Source of the DNA: Promethearchaeati archaeon SRVP18_Atabeyarchaeia-1
GTDB taxonomy: Archaea; Asgardarchaeota; Atabeyarchaeia; Atabeyarchaeales; Atabeyarchaeaceae
Length of the DNA: 64,000 nucleotides
Assembly (NCBI GenBank): GCA_037308085.1
Contig: CP147779.1
Span: 2,624,001-2,688,000, forward strand
Direction of reading: 5' to 3'
Part shown: positions 37,939-47,512 of the stretch, piece by piece
Position numbering within the stretch: position 1 is the stretch's first letter
How the letters are laid out: each line of letters starts with the position of its first letter
The notes under the pieces: generated by a model
The model's input: only the letters and a program-made list of their open reading frames with translations
What the model was told of the DNA's origin: nothing
Database searches by the model: none
Translations under genes and position numbers: made by a program

Positions 37939-38470
37939 GTTGCTTAAGAGGTCCTTCAGTGGCTCTTATGTCTTGCGACGAAGATTACGCCGCTTTCTGA
38001 ATGAATGGAATTTGAGGCCCCGAAAAAGAGGGCGGTGGTTTTCAACCGTTCACATTTTTGCTGTTCATCTCCCAGCATGGTAAAATAACGTTTACTTTTT
38101 CGAGAGCGGTCCTCTTGGATGGAGTTGTCGCCTCCGAACCGACGTCCGTTCGAACGCACGAATGCAGCTTCGCTTTCGTGGATTTCAAGAGAGAACCCAG
38201 GGTCAAATTCCCCAGCCTGCTAATGAGAGGCCTCTCCCTGTCTTTCACACCATGCTCGCTGGATTCCTCGCTGTTTAGGGTCATACCTCGTCAGCCACGG
38301 GGTACAGGTATGCTAACGTCGGTCAGACATAACGGTGTTTTATCAGTAGGCGATGCCCACTAAGATGATGAACGAAAAATATATTAAAAAGCTAAGACCA
38401 ATTAGCTCTTGGTTCGTGAGGGAAGCGGAAATGGTCCACCTAGAAATCCCCCTCCCCCCTCCTCAACTGC

Positions 38471-38496
38471 AAGAAGTTTTGAAAACTTCTTTTTTT
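38471..38496. terminator. Perfect inverted repeat plus T-run (terminator or protein-binding site)
   Basis: AAGAAGTTTT-G-AAAACTTCTT followed by a T-run, then palindrome GGTGGGCCCACC (38498-38509). Confidence 0.4.
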
Positions 38497-38575
38497 GGGT
38501 GGGCCCACCGCTTATTCCTTCACGAGTCCGCCTTTTCTGAGGGACTGAGGAGCACGTTGTCTTCTTGATGCGCGC

Positions 38576-39370
38576 TCATCTTCTGATTTTGCGTGACTTG
38601 AGAACTTCGCCTAACGCTCCAGCAGCCCCGCCGGCAGCTAGGTGATATACAAAGAGTGTGGGAAGGAAGACGCGAATGAGATATCCAAGGGGGAGTGTCG
38701 ATTCGTCGACTGGTATTCCTCGACCTATCAGCCACTGCCCAAAGAAAAGTGCAGATACCAAGAGGATAATCAACGTTAGTACGGCAGCGACAACTCCGCC
38801 GGCAACGAACCCTTCGTCCAAGCGTAGATAGTAGAACTTCTTTCTGCCTACGATTATCGAGTCCCCTTCACTTTTCCGGCGAATGTATCGCGTGACCGCT
38901 CCAGCCGTCAGGCCTCCCAGAACTGGGAACGCGACAGTGAATATGTCTGGGAACGTACAGATAGACATGATAAGGTAGTATAGAAATACGAAGAAGGGTT
39001 GGCTCGACTGGATAGACTGAATGTCAGACGAGCTCAGCAGATTAAGCAGTATCTGATAAGGACCTGAACCTGTCAGCGACACACTACCCCCCCTCAGTGA
39101 CAATTCTAGCGGACCCAGCAGAACAAGGGCTACTAGGAACACGAGCCAGCCGACAACCCCTCCGCCGATCGTGGCCCTTAAGTTGATCTTTCCCTTCCTA
39201 CTCTTTCCAGCCTTCGGAGACAGTTCTTCAACCTCGTAGAAGAGCTGAAGCAGCTGCGGGATATAATCTTCGCCACTTATTTCCCCTGAGTTCAGCTTTT
39301 CTTCCAATGCCTTTATTCTGCTGTCAATCTCCCTTATCTTCTCGTCAGTGTCGGATGATTTTGCTGGCAT
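38576..39370 (-). CDS. Hypothetical membrane protein (N-terminal coiled coil, about 4-5 TMs)
   Basis: Charged helical N-terminus followed by Gly-rich TM segments. Confidence 0.75.
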   Translation of the reverse strand: MPAKSSDTDEKIREIDSRIKALEEKLNSGEISGEDYIPQLLQLFYEVEELSPKAGKSRKGKINLRATIGGGVVGWLVFLVALVLLGPLELSLRGGSVSLTGSGPYQILLNLLSSSDIQSIQSSQPFFVFLYYLIMSICTFPDIFTVAFPVLGGLTAGAVTRYIRRKSEGDSIIVGRKKFYYLRLDEGFVAGGVVAAVLTLIILLVSALFFGQWLIGRGIPVDESTLPLGYLIRVFLPTLFVYHLAAGGAAGALGEVLKSRKIRR

Positions 39371-39504
39371 TCGGAGAGGCTCTCCTCAATCGTGCACTTG
39401 TTTTGCCTTCATACCTTCGCGAATCCACAATTTACGTATCTCTTGTATACTGACCGGCAGCAAAGCGCTTCAGAGGGGTGAAACGCAAATACGAATACAG
39501 TCAC

Positions 39505-40467
39505 CTAGCGCCTGACAATGTCCAGAATCTTCTTGTGCGTCTCCAGTGGTGGTTTCACGGTATTCACGAGGTATGTTGTCACCGCATTTAAGTATTGCTT
39601 GAAGAACTCCTTTCTGAGGTTGAGTTTCCTTCCGTCTTTGACGAGCTGGTGGGGGTTGCAGAAGTCGTGACCAATAAGGTACTTCAGCGCTTCCTCAGGA
39701 GTCATTTCCACGACCGTTATTGGGTCCTTTGGATCCCTCTCAAGTAGGATCACTTTCTTCATCGTTGTTTCGGTTCTTATTCTACCTTTTCCCACCACCC
39801 ATCTGAGGTTCACAATCGCGCGATCCTTGTTGTCAAAATGCGCCTTCTCAACGAGCTGCTTATACTCGGTCCAGACATCGCCTATATCGATTCGTATGTA
39901 GAAGTTCTTCTCACTCCCAAAGGCCACGACATCTTGCCCCATTAGCCGAACGAAGTACCAGTCATCGCTAATCAGCCTTGTATCAGGCTGCCTCAGCAAG
40001 CCATATGAGTGGGTGCTTTTTCCCGTATTCGGTGGAGCGATTATTGATACACCTATACCATTAACGTCCATCACCGCGCCGTGCACATGGTAAATCTGAT
40101 GCTCGTCCTCCAGCACGTCGCCGGCGACAGCGAGCGCTAGGGACTTCGTCCAGCCATAGTAGTCGCAGTTGAATAGAAAAAGGGTCTTTGTAAACGCGTC
40201 ATAAAGGACTTGCATCGTCTCTAGGTCGGGCTCGTTGAAAACGTAAAGTCTACCGTGCGATCTTGTTGATTGGCTCGCAAAGTAGAAGTTGTCCTGCCAT
40301 CTATTGTGAGTGTCTTCAATGTCCGTCAGAAGCTTTATGCAACACCCATAGATGTCGGCCTTATTCTCGAATAGGACTTTGTCACGATACTTCTCAATTA
40401 GTCTGTCCCTCTCACCAATATCGATAAGCTTCACACTGTAAGACAATTGTAGCCTCACGACCTCCAA
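39505..40467 (-). CDS. HPr-kinase/PEPCK-type P-loop protein, function unknown
   Basis: VHGAV, Walker A APPNTGKST, ISDD double-Asp motif of the HPrK/PEPCK fold. Confidence 0.8.
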   Translation of the reverse strand: MEVVRLQLSYSVKLIDIGERDRLIEKYRDKVLFENKADIYGCCIKLLTDIEDTHNRWQDNFYFASQSTRSHGRLYVFNEPDLETMQVLYDAFTKTLFLFNCDYYGWTKSLALAVAGDVLEDEHQIYHVHGAVMDVNGIGVSIIAPPNTGKSTHSYGLLRQPDTRLISDDWYFVRLMGQDVVAFGSEKNFYIRIDIGDVWTEYKQLVEKAHFDNKDRAIVNLRWVVGKGRIRTETTMKKVILLERDPKDPITVVEMTPEEALKYLIGHDFCNPHQLVKDGRKLNLRKEFFKQYLNAVTTYLVNTVKPPLETHKKILDIVRR

Positions 40468-40503
40468 TCTTCTTCAAGAGACGAATAATAGCGCAAGACG
40501 TTT

Positions 40504-40521
40504 TGATAAACCTGTTTATCA
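40504..40521. promoter_or_regulatory. Perfect 18-bp palindrome in the divergent promoter region
   Basis: TGATAAAC-CT-GTTTATCA; related ATAAACCTTATCAAA at about 40584-40598. Confidence 0.55.
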
Positions 40522-40662
40522 GTAAGCTTAGCGCGTAGTGCCATGACAGGGCACTGCGACTCTCTGGAAACAGATCGCCATAAATAAACCTTATCAAAGC
40601 GATGGTACATTATGTTAACAGTACTATTCCTGAGCGTGCAGCCTGGGAAGTGATAAAAAGGA

Positions 40663-41979
40663 ATGTCTTCTTGGTCGTCTCCCTTTCAGGACCATTCCTC
40701 GAAGGTAATCAAAGGAACAACAAGTAGCGTTCTCAGCGGGAAGACTATCGCTCTCTGCATTACGGGAAGTGTCGCCGCAGTTGAGTGCCCGATAATCGCC
40801 AGGGAGCTGATGAGGCATGGGGGGGAAGTCTTTGCTGTCATGAGCCCGTCAGCCTGCAACATAATACACCCCAACCTCATGGAGTGGGCTACTGGCAACA
40901 GGGTTATCACGCATTTGACAGGTCAGGTTGAACACGTTTCTCTTGGTGGGGACTCGCCTGGTCACGCCGACGTAATACTAGTTGCCCCCGCCACTGCCAA
41001 CACTATCAGCAAGATAGCGAATGGGATTGACGACACACCTGTTACGACAGTCGTGAGCACTGCATTTGGTGCCAGCCTGCCAATACTTATCGTTCCCGCT
41101 ATGCATGAAACTCTCTACAGGCACTCAATCGTGCTTGAGAACATTGAGAAGCTGAAGTCCCACGGAGTGGTTTTCATCGGGCCCAGAATGGAAGAGGGTA
41201 AAGCGAAGATAGCCCGCACCGACTCGATTGTCAGCAAGGTCATTGACATTCTAACGAAGCCAAAGGACTTAGCTGGGCTTCACGTTCTCGTAACGGCTGG
41301 TCCGACGAGGGAGTACATAGATGCAGTTCGCTTCATCAGCAACCCTAGCTCAGGCAGGATGGGGGTTGCTGTTGCTCAGGAGGCAGCTTCCCGCGGGGCA
41401 AAGGCAACACTTGTCTACGGAGTGGGTATGACCTCTGAGCCACCCATTGAAGTTAAGTGCATCCCTGTGGAGACAGCCGATGACATGATGAAGGCAGTCA
41501 TGAACGAAATGAAGCTTTGTCACCCCGACATTTTTGTTGGCACAGCTGCCGTATCTGACTACACACCAGTTGAGAAAATAGACACCAAGATCCCATCCGG
41601 GCAGAAGGAACTAACGATCCAGTTGAAACCTTTGCCGAAAATAGTTCAAGCCGTGAAGGAGGAAAGCCCCGCAACTTTTGTCATAGGTTTCAAGGCGGAG
41701 TACAGTGTACCACAGGCTGAGCTTGTCGAGAGAGCTTACAAGCGCGTAAAAGAGATGGGGCTGGACCTCATAGTCGCCAATGATGTCTCCAAAGAAGGTG
41801 TCGGTTTCTCGACTGAAACCAACGAGGTCTACATGGTTGACCCAGAGAAACAGGTCACACATGTCAACCTCTCGACGAAGAGAAATGTGGCCACGAGAAT
41901 CTTCGATGTGGCAATTGGGCTCCTCAACAGTAGGAAAAGCGGAGCAAGACCTAAGCCAAGTGTGAAGCAAAAGGCATGA
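40663..41979 (+). CDS. coaBC: Phosphopantothenoylcysteine decarboxylase/phosphopantothenate-cysteine ligase
   Basis: [52 protein letters not shown]. Confidence 0.97.
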   Translation: MSSWSSPFQDHSSKVIKGTTSSVLSGKTIALCITGSVAAVECPIIARELMRHGGEVFAVMSPSACNIIHPNLMEWATGNRVITHLTGQVEHVSLGGDSPGHADVILVAPATANTISKIANGIDDTPVTTVVSTAFGASLPILIVPAMHETLYRHSIVLENIEKLKSHGVVFIGPRMEEGKAKIARTDSIVSKVIDILTKPKDLAGLHVLVTAGPTREYIDAVRFISNPSSGRMGVAVAQEAASRGAKATLVYGVGMTSEPPIEVKCIPVETADDMMKAVMNEMKLCHPDIFVGTAAVSDYTPVEKIDTKIPSGQKELTIQLKPLPKIVQAVKEESPATFVIGFKAEYSVPQAELVERAYKRVKEMGLDLIVANDVSKEGVGFSTETNEVYMVDPEKQVTHVNLSTKRNVATRIFDVAIGLLNSRKSGARPKPSVKQKA

Positions 41980-42099
41980 AGCCTTCGAACTAGTTTTGCA
42001 AACAGGTATCTTTGCGTAACATTTGGCTCTTTTAGCAGCAATTGGCTTTTCTGGGGCTTAATATGGCGCGACTTGGTAAGTACATGTTGACGAGGATTA

Positions 42100-43830
42100 G
42101 GCGTACCACACGAGTCTGGGAAGCAGGCAAGCGACTTACTTGAGGGCTGAGAAGGTTGCAGTTCACGTTCCAGGCTGAGCTGACGGCGCTATCGAGTGGC
42201 GATAGAAGCGGGCTCGATGACCTCATGGCGAGGTACTGCTCCGCGAAGAGGATAGCCTTTAACAGGTTACTGGAGGGGCGAAGCGTCAACGAGGTGACGC
42301 ACCTGCTTCTTGGGTACGGCTCCCTCCACCTGAACTGGAGGTAAGCCGAGCACTCAACCAGGGACGCCCAGGCAGCGATCGAGAGCCAGAGGAACCTGCT
42401 CCCACTGTACCTGGGCGACGTGCAGGACAGAATATGGCGCGTCGAGAAGCTGATGGAGAAGGCGAAGTCGCCGCGGAAGAGGGAAGCACTCGGCAAGCAT
42501 CTAGCGAAGCTCAATAAGAGGGGAAAGTTCTACCGGAAACATATCCACGATGGAACGGTGCCGAAGACGATCTTCGGCGGCAGGAGGAGCTTCACCGCCC
42601 TGGCGAGGGGGAGGATCAGCAGCGATGAGTGGAGGGAGGCGAGGAACAACCAAGTGTACTCGATAGGCCAGGCGAACCAGAAGGGCAACGCCAACATAAG
42701 AATCGTGAAAGAGGGAAGGGCGGTAGCGGTGCGCTTCCCTGAGAACATGCATGCAGTAAGAACCGGGAAGAGTGGAAGGGTGTACAGGGTGGTGAACGAC
42801 GTCAAGGAGTTCCAGCTCAGCGTCCCCAGCAACTTCCTGGAGTACCTCGCGCCTCTCCAAGGCGGCGGGGCATATTCGGTTCGCCTCACAAGGCGTGGGG
42901 AAAGGTACTTCGCAGGCGTGAGCTTTGAGGTTGAGCGGCCGCCGGAGCCCAGGGAGGCGCCGCTGAGGGTGTGCTCGGTGGACCAGAACCCTGGGGGATT
43001 CGCCGCCGCAATCACTTCCAGAGATGGCAACCTAGTAGCCCACAGGTTCCTTGGGGAAGACAGGCTGATATACGCCTCCCAAGGGAAGAGGGACTCGCTC
43101 GTCGGAGCGCTCGTGAGCAGGATCATGGAGTTCGCCGAGTCCTGGGACACGCAAGCATTCGCGACAGAGGACCTAGACCTTAGGGCTCACAAGATTTACG
43201 GGAGGAGGGCGAACAGGGTCGTGTACGCCTTCGTGAGGAGGAAATTCAAGGAGCACCTTCTGAGCAGGTGCTGGAAGAAGCAATACCCGGTCTCCACAGT
43301 CAACCCGGCATACACGTCGAAGCTCGGCGCCGCGAAGTACTCGGGGAGGCTTGGGCTGTCGGTCCACGAGGCAGCCGCATACGTGATTGGGAGAAGGTTC
43401 TACGGGTACGGTGAGAAGCTGGAGAAGCCACTATCCATTGCCTTAGGGAGGGGCAGGATGCCGAGGGTCAGGGTGCCCGTGCGCTACGTGTGGGCATCCC
43501 TCTACGGCTATGCTCGCCCGAGGGACCCCTACAGGGCGCCACCTGGAAGGAAAGGCAGTAGGGGGCTGAAGCCGGGCGGGCTCGGCCGAGCTGACTTTAC
43601 AGGTCACCCCGCTTGCAGAGAACGGGAACAGGGCACACCTCGGATGCGAGATGATGGGGTGCGAAAGGGCGGGGAGCCCGGTGGGAGTCCGGGGGCTACC
43701 GGCAATGGGGTTAAGCCGGCGCCTGGCAGGCCAGGTGGGAAGGTAGCTGCTACGTCACCGTGTCAAATGACACTAGATGATATGCAGAAAACCAACCCTC
43801 AACCTGATGGGCGCCCCTGGATCAGGGAGC
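42100..43830 (+). mobile_element. Non-autonomous TnpB-only IS200/IS605-type element (boundaries approximate)
   Basis: Visibly GC-richer than the flanks, inserted between coaBC and lipS1, no transposase, hairpin-rich 3' end. Confidence 0.6.
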
Positions 43831-43838
43831 AGTCATAG
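42156..43838 (+). pseudogene. tnpB: IS200/IS605-family TnpB-related RNA-guided nuclease with in-frame TAA at 42342-42344
   Basis: ORFs 42156-42344 and 42420-43838 share one frame; RuvC-I SVDQN, RuvC-II TEDL, VNPAYTS, HEAAAYVIGRR. Confidence 0.85.
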
Positions 43839-44831
43839 AACGCAGCAGGTCTGATGCCTTTCGAATCTGTATTCTTTTCCGAGTCTGCTCAAGGCTCCTG
43901 GTGTGGGAACTACTATTCTATTTACGCCTGCTAGGATCGATAAGTAATCGATCTCTGACCTGATTGCTCCGGATGGCCTCATGCAGCCCAGAGATATCGA
44001 TATCTTGGGCATTGCCAACCTGGCTATTCCGACTACTTTTGCAATCATGAGAGGTGAAGGGGGCTTTGCGTGCTCCATTTCTGTGCCCTTAGTTGGGTTC
44101 AAGGCTATTAGGGTTAGCCGGAGGGGTTCGTTATCCCTGATCATCTGCAGAGCCTTTCCTTCGCCCTTGAGTTCTCCGTAGTCCACGCCCACGCATATGT
44201 GTGGATCCAGATTCTTCAGTCCTATCACTTTCGCTTTTTCCAGCATTTCGGTATAGTCTTTGGTCGTCTTGTCAAGACCGTACACGTTGTGAATGGTCTC
44301 GTCGCTTCCAACCACGTCAACAGACACCGCGTCGATATCGAGTTCGACAAGCTTCTTTGCCACGTCCTCAGTCATGAAGCCTATGTGTATGTTGATCTTT
44401 AGCTTGGTCTTCCTCTTGATCTCCTGCAATGCTGGGAAGAAATTCCTAAACGGCAGGGAGGCGCCAGTTGTGAATCCACCGCTGATTAAGCAACCCAGCG
44501 CGCCCTCTTTCGCCAATTTGACTGAGATTTCAACCAACTTGGCTGGTGTTTCAGCAGGGATCATTGTTTCAAGATAGCGGTGGTTACAGTGCTTGCACCT
44601 CATGGCGCATTCTTTGCCCGTTATTGAGATAGATGGGAACAATCTCCCGGGGTAGAAGCATTGAACATCCCTGCCCCAGTGTTTCTCCGTGACCTGGTTG
44701 GAGACCTTGATGAGATCTCTTATACTCTTCTCATCACTTACGACTAGTAGCTGGTCGATCTCCTCATTCGTCAGGCTTCTATTTGACATTTCATCTAGTG
44801 TAGGAATCATTAACATTCGCCTTGATAACAA
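43833..44831 (-). CDS. lipS1: Archaeal lipoyl synthase subunit LipS1 (radical SAM)
   Basis: CAMRCKHC radical-SAM motif, GCMR motif and C-terminal CC. Confidence 0.85.
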   Translation of the reverse strand: MLSRRMLMIPTLDEMSNRSLTNEEIDQLLVVSDEKSIRDLIKVSNQVTEKHWGRDVQCFYPGRLFPSISITGKECAMRCKHCNHRYLETMIPAETPAKLVEISVKLAKEGALGCLISGGFTTGASLPFRNFFPALQEIKRKTKLKINIHIGFMTEDVAKKLVELDIDAVSVDVVGSDETIHNVYGLDKTTKDYTEMLEKAKVIGLKNLDPHICVGVDYGELKGEGKALQMIRDNEPLRLTLIALNPTKGTEMEHAKPPSPLMIAKVVGIARLAMPKISISLGCMRPSGAIRSEIDYLSILAGVNRIVVPTPGALSRLGKEYRFERHQTCCVL

Positions 44832-44833
44832 TT

Positions 44834-45832
44834 CTAAATCGCAATTTCACGCAGTGCTTTTTCCGTCTCCTCATGATTCAGATCTCGTGGGTAATTGTAC
44901 AAGGGACCTCTGGGGCTTTCATTGTAGAATGGCCTGTTGCAGCCGGGGCACCCTGAAGTTCTAAATGGATAGCCCAGCAATATAGTCTTATGCAATACGT
45001 CTGGGCTCGTTCCAAAATCCATAATCCTACCGTCATCTTCAAACGTCATAAGCTGAACCGAGGACGTCCCCTGCATGATTAGGTACCTTGCAACTTGTAC
45101 TCTTCTGTATTGACCTATTTCCGGTCGTTTCGATTTCTCCAACCTTGTGCCCTTAACCGGGGTGAACGCAAAAAGGCCGGGGTTTACTCCCATTTCGGAG
45201 AGGTTCTGGACGACCTCAACAATGTCTCGCTCCGTTTCACCGAGTCCTACTATTAGATGCGTTGATACTTTGTTGCGTCCAAAAACAGCCAGTGCGGCTT
45301 TCAGCGCTTCAAAGTGGGAGTCCCAATGGTAAGGCCCCTTCGCGAGACTTCCTTTCATTCTTTCGAATAATTCCGGGGTCGCGGCGTCTATCGGGATGCC
45401 AATTCTCTCGACACCGATTTCCTTCAAGTGTTCCATTTCTTTCCTTCCAATTGGTGGACATGAAACTGAGATCGGCACCCATGCCTTAGATAATATAGAG
45501 TGGGCGATTTGTGTGACATCATCAACGAACTTAGGGTAGTTAAGTGCCTGAATGCATATCCGTTGAAATTTTCCTCCCAGAAGACATGGCACAGCCTTCT
45601 CTAGGAATGTTCCGAAGGAAAAGTCTGGCCAGACAACTCTTGATAGCATGTTCCTGGTCGACGAGCTTCCACTTGCCTGAGGGCAGAAACCGCAATTAGC
45701 TCTGCAACTGCCTTGCGTATAGGTCATGAGGTAAGCAGTAGTCGGCTCTGCATTCGACTGGAGTCTCAGAAGACCCAGAACCCCCGCCGTGCCCAGCGAC
45801 ACTCTTACGCTCTCAACAGATGACAAGGTCAC
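44834..45832 (-). CDS. lipS2: Archaeal lipoyl synthase subunit LipS2 (radical SAM)
   Basis: CRANCGFC, LSRVVWP, TSGCPGCNRP motif. Confidence 0.88.
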   Translation of the reverse strand: MTLSSVESVRVSLGTAGVLGLLRLQSNAEPTTAYLMTYTQGSCRANCGFCPQASGSSSTRNMLSRVVWPDFSFGTFLEKAVPCLLGGKFQRICIQALNYPKFVDDVTQIAHSILSKAWVPISVSCPPIGRKEMEHLKEIGVERIGIPIDAATPELFERMKGSLAKGPYHWDSHFEALKAALAVFGRNKVSTHLIVGLGETERDIVEVVQNLSEMGVNPGLFAFTPVKGTRLEKSKRPEIGQYRRVQVARYLIMQGTSSVQLMTFEDDGRIMDFGTSPDVLHKTILLGYPFRTSGCPGCNRPFYNESPRGPLYNYPRDLNHEETEKALREIAI

Positions 45833-45894
45833 TCCGCCACACTTGACTGATCTCGATTTTTGAATTCATGACACGAATACGATAAGAAACTCAT

Positions 45895-47250
45895 CTAATA
45901 AGCTTCTGTGTCTGTTTTATTCTCGTTGGTCTGTGGGAGAGGAGGCTTGTCGAAATCTCCGTCCTTATCGTCGTCCCGAGGTTGCGAAATATCGGGATAG
46001 GTCTTTCTGTCAGGGTTTTCGATATTGCTTGCCGTGGCGCGAATAGCAGAGCTGGGAGGACCTCCGGGCACTGGGAAAGCTTGCGCCGGTATTTCCTTGA
46101 CAGACTTGCTCAAGTTGGCTTTCAGCGCTTTCTTTGCTGGCAAGCTCTTCAGTTTGGTCAGTACCTTGTCTATGAGCTTGTCCACACCCATATTCTCCTT
46201 CGCTGAGATAGATGTCCATTCATACTGCTCGAGCAGTGGCTTCAGCGCTGTGATTGCCTTCTCTGGGGATTCGCCATCAAACAGGTCGAGTTTGTTAAGA
46301 ACTATTAGTATCCTGCCATTCTCCACGCCGATGTCTTGAAGGAGACGCAGTCCGAACTTCAGCTTGTGAAACAGGAAGTCTGGTTCATCATCCACTCCAA
46401 TCATGAAGAGTAGAAGATCCGCCTCCTTCATGTCCATCAGGGTTAGCTCAAAAGCCTTTATGAGCGCCGGGTCAAGTCCAATAACGAAGCCGATGGTATC
46501 TATAAAGAGCGGAGTATCATGATGATTTAGCTGAAGTCTCTGATACTTGCTTGAAAGAGTCTTGAAAGGTCGATCCCCTACGAGCTTGTTCTCCCCAGTC
46601 AGCAGGTTGAAGAGAGTCGTCTTCCCTGCGTTGTAGTATCCGGCAATGCAGACCAGCGGGATACCGAGTTTGCGGCGCTCCTCTATCTGACGGATTTTGT
46701 CGTTTGCGAGAACCGAGATCTCGCGTCTCACCTTGCCTATCCTCTTCTGAATACCCTTGACCTTACTGTGAAAAGCAAACTCGCCAGTCCCAGCCCAAGA
46801 AGGAGGTCTGTCTTTTCCCGAATACTTCACTTCTGCCTGAAGTTGGTAGAAGGGAAAGAGTTTGCGCTCCCTGGCAAGCTCAATCTGAAGCTTGGAGATT
46901 CTATCCGAGGCCATCTCCTCAAATATCCGGAGCGCGAGTTCGTATCGGTCTATTACCTCGCAGTTAAGTGCCAGTGAAAGATTCAGCTTCTGCTTCGATG
47001 TCAAGACGTTGTAAAGAACCACTAGCTCGACATCATCATCTCTGACGAGCTGATTCAGTTCATCGACCTTGCCTGAGCCTATCAAGTAGCCTCCCTTTGC
47101 TCTGATATTAGTCTGCGTGAACTTCTCCACGATCTCGTACCCTAATGCTTTCGTAAGGGCTTCAAGCTCGTTTAGCTGAAGCTTGAATAGAATATGGTCA
47201 TGCGGGTTGATTCTGAGCATGCCGACGATAGCGCGTTTACTCAAATCCAA
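45895..47250 (-). CDS. hflX: GTPase HflX
   Basis: GSGKVDEL, VIDRYELALRIF, LQIELA, GYYNAGKT, DTIGF, NKLD, ISA. Confidence 0.9.
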   Translation of the reverse strand: MDLSKRAIVGMLRINPHDHILFKLQLNELEALTKALGYEIVEKFTQTNIRAKGGYLIGSGKVDELNQLVRDDDVELVVLYNVLTSKQKLNLSLALNCEVIDRYELALRIFEEMASDRISKLQIELARERKLFPFYQLQAEVKYSGKDRPPSWAGTGEFAFHSKVKGIQKRIGKVRREISVLANDKIRQIEERRKLGIPLVCIAGYYNAGKTTLFNLLTGENKLVGDRPFKTLSSKYQRLQLNHHDTPLFIDTIGFVIGLDPALIKAFELTLMDMKEADLLLFMIGVDDEPDFLFHKLKFGLRLLQDIGVENGRILIVLNKLDLFDGESPEKAITALKPLLEQYEWTSISAKENMGVDKLIDKVLTKLKSLPAKKALKANLSKSVKEIPAQAFPVPGGPPSSAIRATASNIENPDRKTYPDISQPRDDDKDGDFDKPPLPQTNENKTDTEAY

Positions 47251-47512
47251 CCATCCATCCTCTCGGCCAAGCAGGCAGCATCAAGCAGACAATCTTGACA
47301 AGCCCAGAAGTAGAATTCACCACTTGCAACATGGAGGCCTAATGAAAAGCCCCGCTACACAGCGTCTTCACAACTTCAGTTAGCTGTGTACGCTTAAATA
47401 GATTAGCATAACAATTCTACACCACCTATGTTCACTGAAATAGATGCCACTCATATGGACCTCCGAACTGAGTGTGACTTACTTCGTCGGCGACCAAGGT
47501 GATCGATGAATC

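Noticed and set aside
38345-38400. Fluoride riboswitch (GGCGATG start)
   Set aside because: Lacks the downstream pairing and CTGATG...CTAC pseudoknot elements; no suitable downstream gene.
42342-42344. Selenocysteine or pyrrolysine recoding of the tnpB stop
   Set aside because: The codon is TAA, not TGA or TAG.
42156-43838. Cas12f/Cas14 effector call
   Set aside because: No adjacent CRISPR repeats or cas1/2/4; context fits an IS-associated TnpB.
43833-45832. Biotin synthase or RiPP-maturase interpretation of the two radical-SAM genes (with TldD/PmbA nearby)
   Set aside because: LipS1/LipS2-specific Cys motifs explain them; no precursor peptide or SPASM domain was seen.
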